DNA from: Mobula birostris
Taxonomy: Eukaryota
Reading direction: 5' to 3'
DNA: 64,000 nucleotides
Assembly (NCBI RefSeq): GCF_030028105.1
Contig: NC_092379.1
Span: 25,165,821-25,229,820 of the forward strand
The translations under genes were made by a program, and so were the position numbers. Positions 61,901-64,000 of the stretch are shown one piece after another. The number at the start of each line of letters is the position of its first letter. Within the stretch, counting starts at the first letter, position 1. The notes beneath the pieces were generated by a model that saw only the letters and a program-made list of their open reading frames with translations, had not been told where the DNA came from and made no database searches.

Positions 61901-62829
61901 GATACATCAAATCCTCCTCAGCGAGACGATAGCCCTACATCAACGGTGAGGCATGTCTCAGAAATATAGGATCGTACAGGGAACTAGCTGCAAGTACGTA
62001 CGAGGACAACAGAGAAGCTGCAGGACATTCGTTCTAACAATCGTTTAATTGAAGAACATTGTGAATAAGGAAGTATTTAGCTGATTGTTGTACGTTGTCC
62101 ACCAGTAAGTAGCGCCACCTGAAACCGCAAAGAACTCATTGATCTCAGGATAGCCCAATTACAGAGTGTTTGTCTGTGCGGGTGTGTAGTAAATACCAAA
62201 AAAAAAAAACATAGTTGAGACGTATTCTCCGAGGGTTAATGTATAATCAGATATCTGATGCAGAGGGGCAGAGGAAATTAAGCTTTTCAGTGTGACTTCA
62301 GGCCCTTGTGCCTTCTCCCGAATAGTACAATGAGAAAAGACCGTGACTGGGATAATGAAGGGGCTCGTTCCAATGTCAGAGCTGAATATCTGCTGCTAAT
62401 TTAGTTAAGGTGCAGCGCCGCCGTACCAGACAGTAACGGAGCCAGTTTGAATGCTCTCGGAAGGACACCTGAACATATTTGTGACTGGCTTAATGCAATA
62501 TCAAATCTCCTCAAACTGCTGATGAAATATAGCGGACAAGATGCTTTCTCTGTAACCGCATCATAATGTTGTGCCTGGGATAGAGACTCTGAGATATTAA
62601 CACCAGCAACTTAAAATTGTTCACTCATTCCAATTCTGATCTTTGTATGTGGGCTGCTGTGTGCTTTCGCGTCTTACCGTTTCTGAAAACCACAATCTAA
62701 TATTCTGTCTTCCGACACTGAGTGCAAAGATGCTGTTCTGACAGCATTCAGAAAATGCAGTAATTCGCTGATGTTTTCTTAGACTGGCTAGCGTAACGCA
62801 CCAAAAGAAACAATAGCTATGGCTACTCT

Positions 62830-64000
62830 TCTCACAAGGGAGGCGTTGGGAATGGACCCAAATGCAAGACACACATACTGAAGTACAAGGATCAGGATTT
62901 GACTTGTGTAGGGCCGTGGAAGGATTCAGACCAGGAGCAGCGACAAGAACGCAGAATTGGTCTAGGACAGGGAACCCGGACAGGGAGCTATGTACTAGAA
63001 GCCGGGGCCTGGGCTTCGAGTCAGAGACTGAACAAGGACCCAGAACCTGGGTCTTGCCTACGGCTCGGGCCTCAGAACCATGCAAGGGTATGACATGACT
63101 ACAGGACAGGACGTGGCTGGGGTCTAGAGGCATGGGACTGCGGACAGGGTATTGAGTCTTGAGGCTGGGGTCTTGGTCCTAAGGCTTGAGGCTGGTGTCT
63201 TGGCTTTGAGGCTTGAGGCTGTGGTCTTGGGCTTGAGGATTGAGGCTGGAGTCTTGGTACTGAGGCTTGAGGCTGGGGTCTTTATCTTGAGATTGAGAAT
63301 GGGGTCTTGGTCTTGACGATTGAGGATGGGGTCGTGGTCTTGAGGATTTAGCCTAGGGTCTTGGTCTTAAGGCTTGAGGCTGGGGTCATAGTCTTGATAT
63401 TGACACTGGGGTCGTTCTTGAGGATTGAGGCTGGGGTCTTTGTCTTGAGATTGAGACTGGGGTCTTGGTCTTGAGGCTTGAGGCTGGGGTCTTGGTCTTG
63501 AGGATTTAAGCTAGGGTCTTGGTCTTGAAGGTTGAGGCTGGGGTCTTAGTTTTGAGGCTTGTGGGTGGGGTCTTGGCCTTGAGGCTTGAGGCTGTTGTCT
63601 TGGTCTTGAGGCTTGAGTCTGGGGTAGTGGATCCTCAAGGCAGACGAGGACATGAGGGGAGAAGGGTACTTCGAGGCAATCCCACGGCAGGACGCGGAAC
63701 TCTAACCCGACGGAGGCAAGGGATGGGGGGAGCGGGGTACAGAACCAGCCGCAGGGTAACGGCAACGGTCTGACTTACCCGACAGAGGCAAGGGACCAGA
63801 AGGGGCAGAACCAACTTCAGGGTTACGGCAAACGGCGCTGCTGACACGACGGAGGCAAGGGACCGGAAAGGACAGAACTAACCGCAGGGTAAAGGCAATC
63901 AGCTTGGCTTACCCGACGGGGGCAAGGGACAGGAAGGGAGCTGGGTCCGGGGTACCTCCAAGATCGAGGCAGCCGGTAACCTCAGCAGGCTACGGAACAG
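62830..64000 (-). mobile_element. LTR-like element with internal minisatellite, runs off the window
   Basis: Starts GGCGTTGGGAATGGACCCAAATGCAAG, the reverse complement of the LTR end at 49640-49663 and about 790-825. Confidence 0.65.
63165..63620 (+). repeat. minisatellite of about 27-bp units (GGGGTCTTGGTCTTGAGGCTTGAGGCT)
   Basis: Roughly 15-17 degenerate copies visible. Confidence 0.9.

Noticed and set aside
63165-63620. Possible class-switch (S) region
   Set aside because: It is inside an LTR-family element 16 kb downstream of TM2, and cartilaginous fish lack classical S regions; none was seen in the J-C intron.
63511-63847. Pro/Gln/Arg-rich ORFs (also 103-462 and 62621-63133)
   Set aside because: Translations of LTR minisatellite sequence, not genes.

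Overview
Repeat-dense vertebrate genomic DNA with one N-gap (31317-31445). Its core is a single elasmobranch-type (shark/ray) IgM heavy-chain minicluster on the + strand, about 36.8-47.0 kb, ordered leader, V, J, Cmu1, Cmu2 relic, Cmu3 relic, Cmu4 with secretory tail, TM1, TM2. The V is a pseudogene (lost acceptor, W>L, W>stop, frameshift, C>R). It runs directly into about 26 nt of D-like junction and a perfect 12-bp-spacer RSS, about 350 bp from a J with a 22/23-bp RSS. This is the layout expected of a germline-joined V-D(D) still facing an unjoined J. The constant exons are unevenly decayed: Cmu2 and Cmu3 are barely recognisable, Cmu1 is damaged at its 5' end, and Cmu4-secretory and TM1 are fully open. 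Upstream on the minus strand are weaker antigen-receptor-like relics: three orphan leader-like exons (two inside a duplicated unit carrying decamer, octamer and E-box motifs) and a TCR-alpha/delta-like TM relic. The rest is CR1 and Rex-type LINEs, Penelope fragments, SINEs, two LTR retrotransposons with paired LTRs, a miniature LTR element inside a Tc1, and ERV/BEL remnants. All family assignments are by eye from motifs; no database search was run, and most repeat boundaries are approximate.
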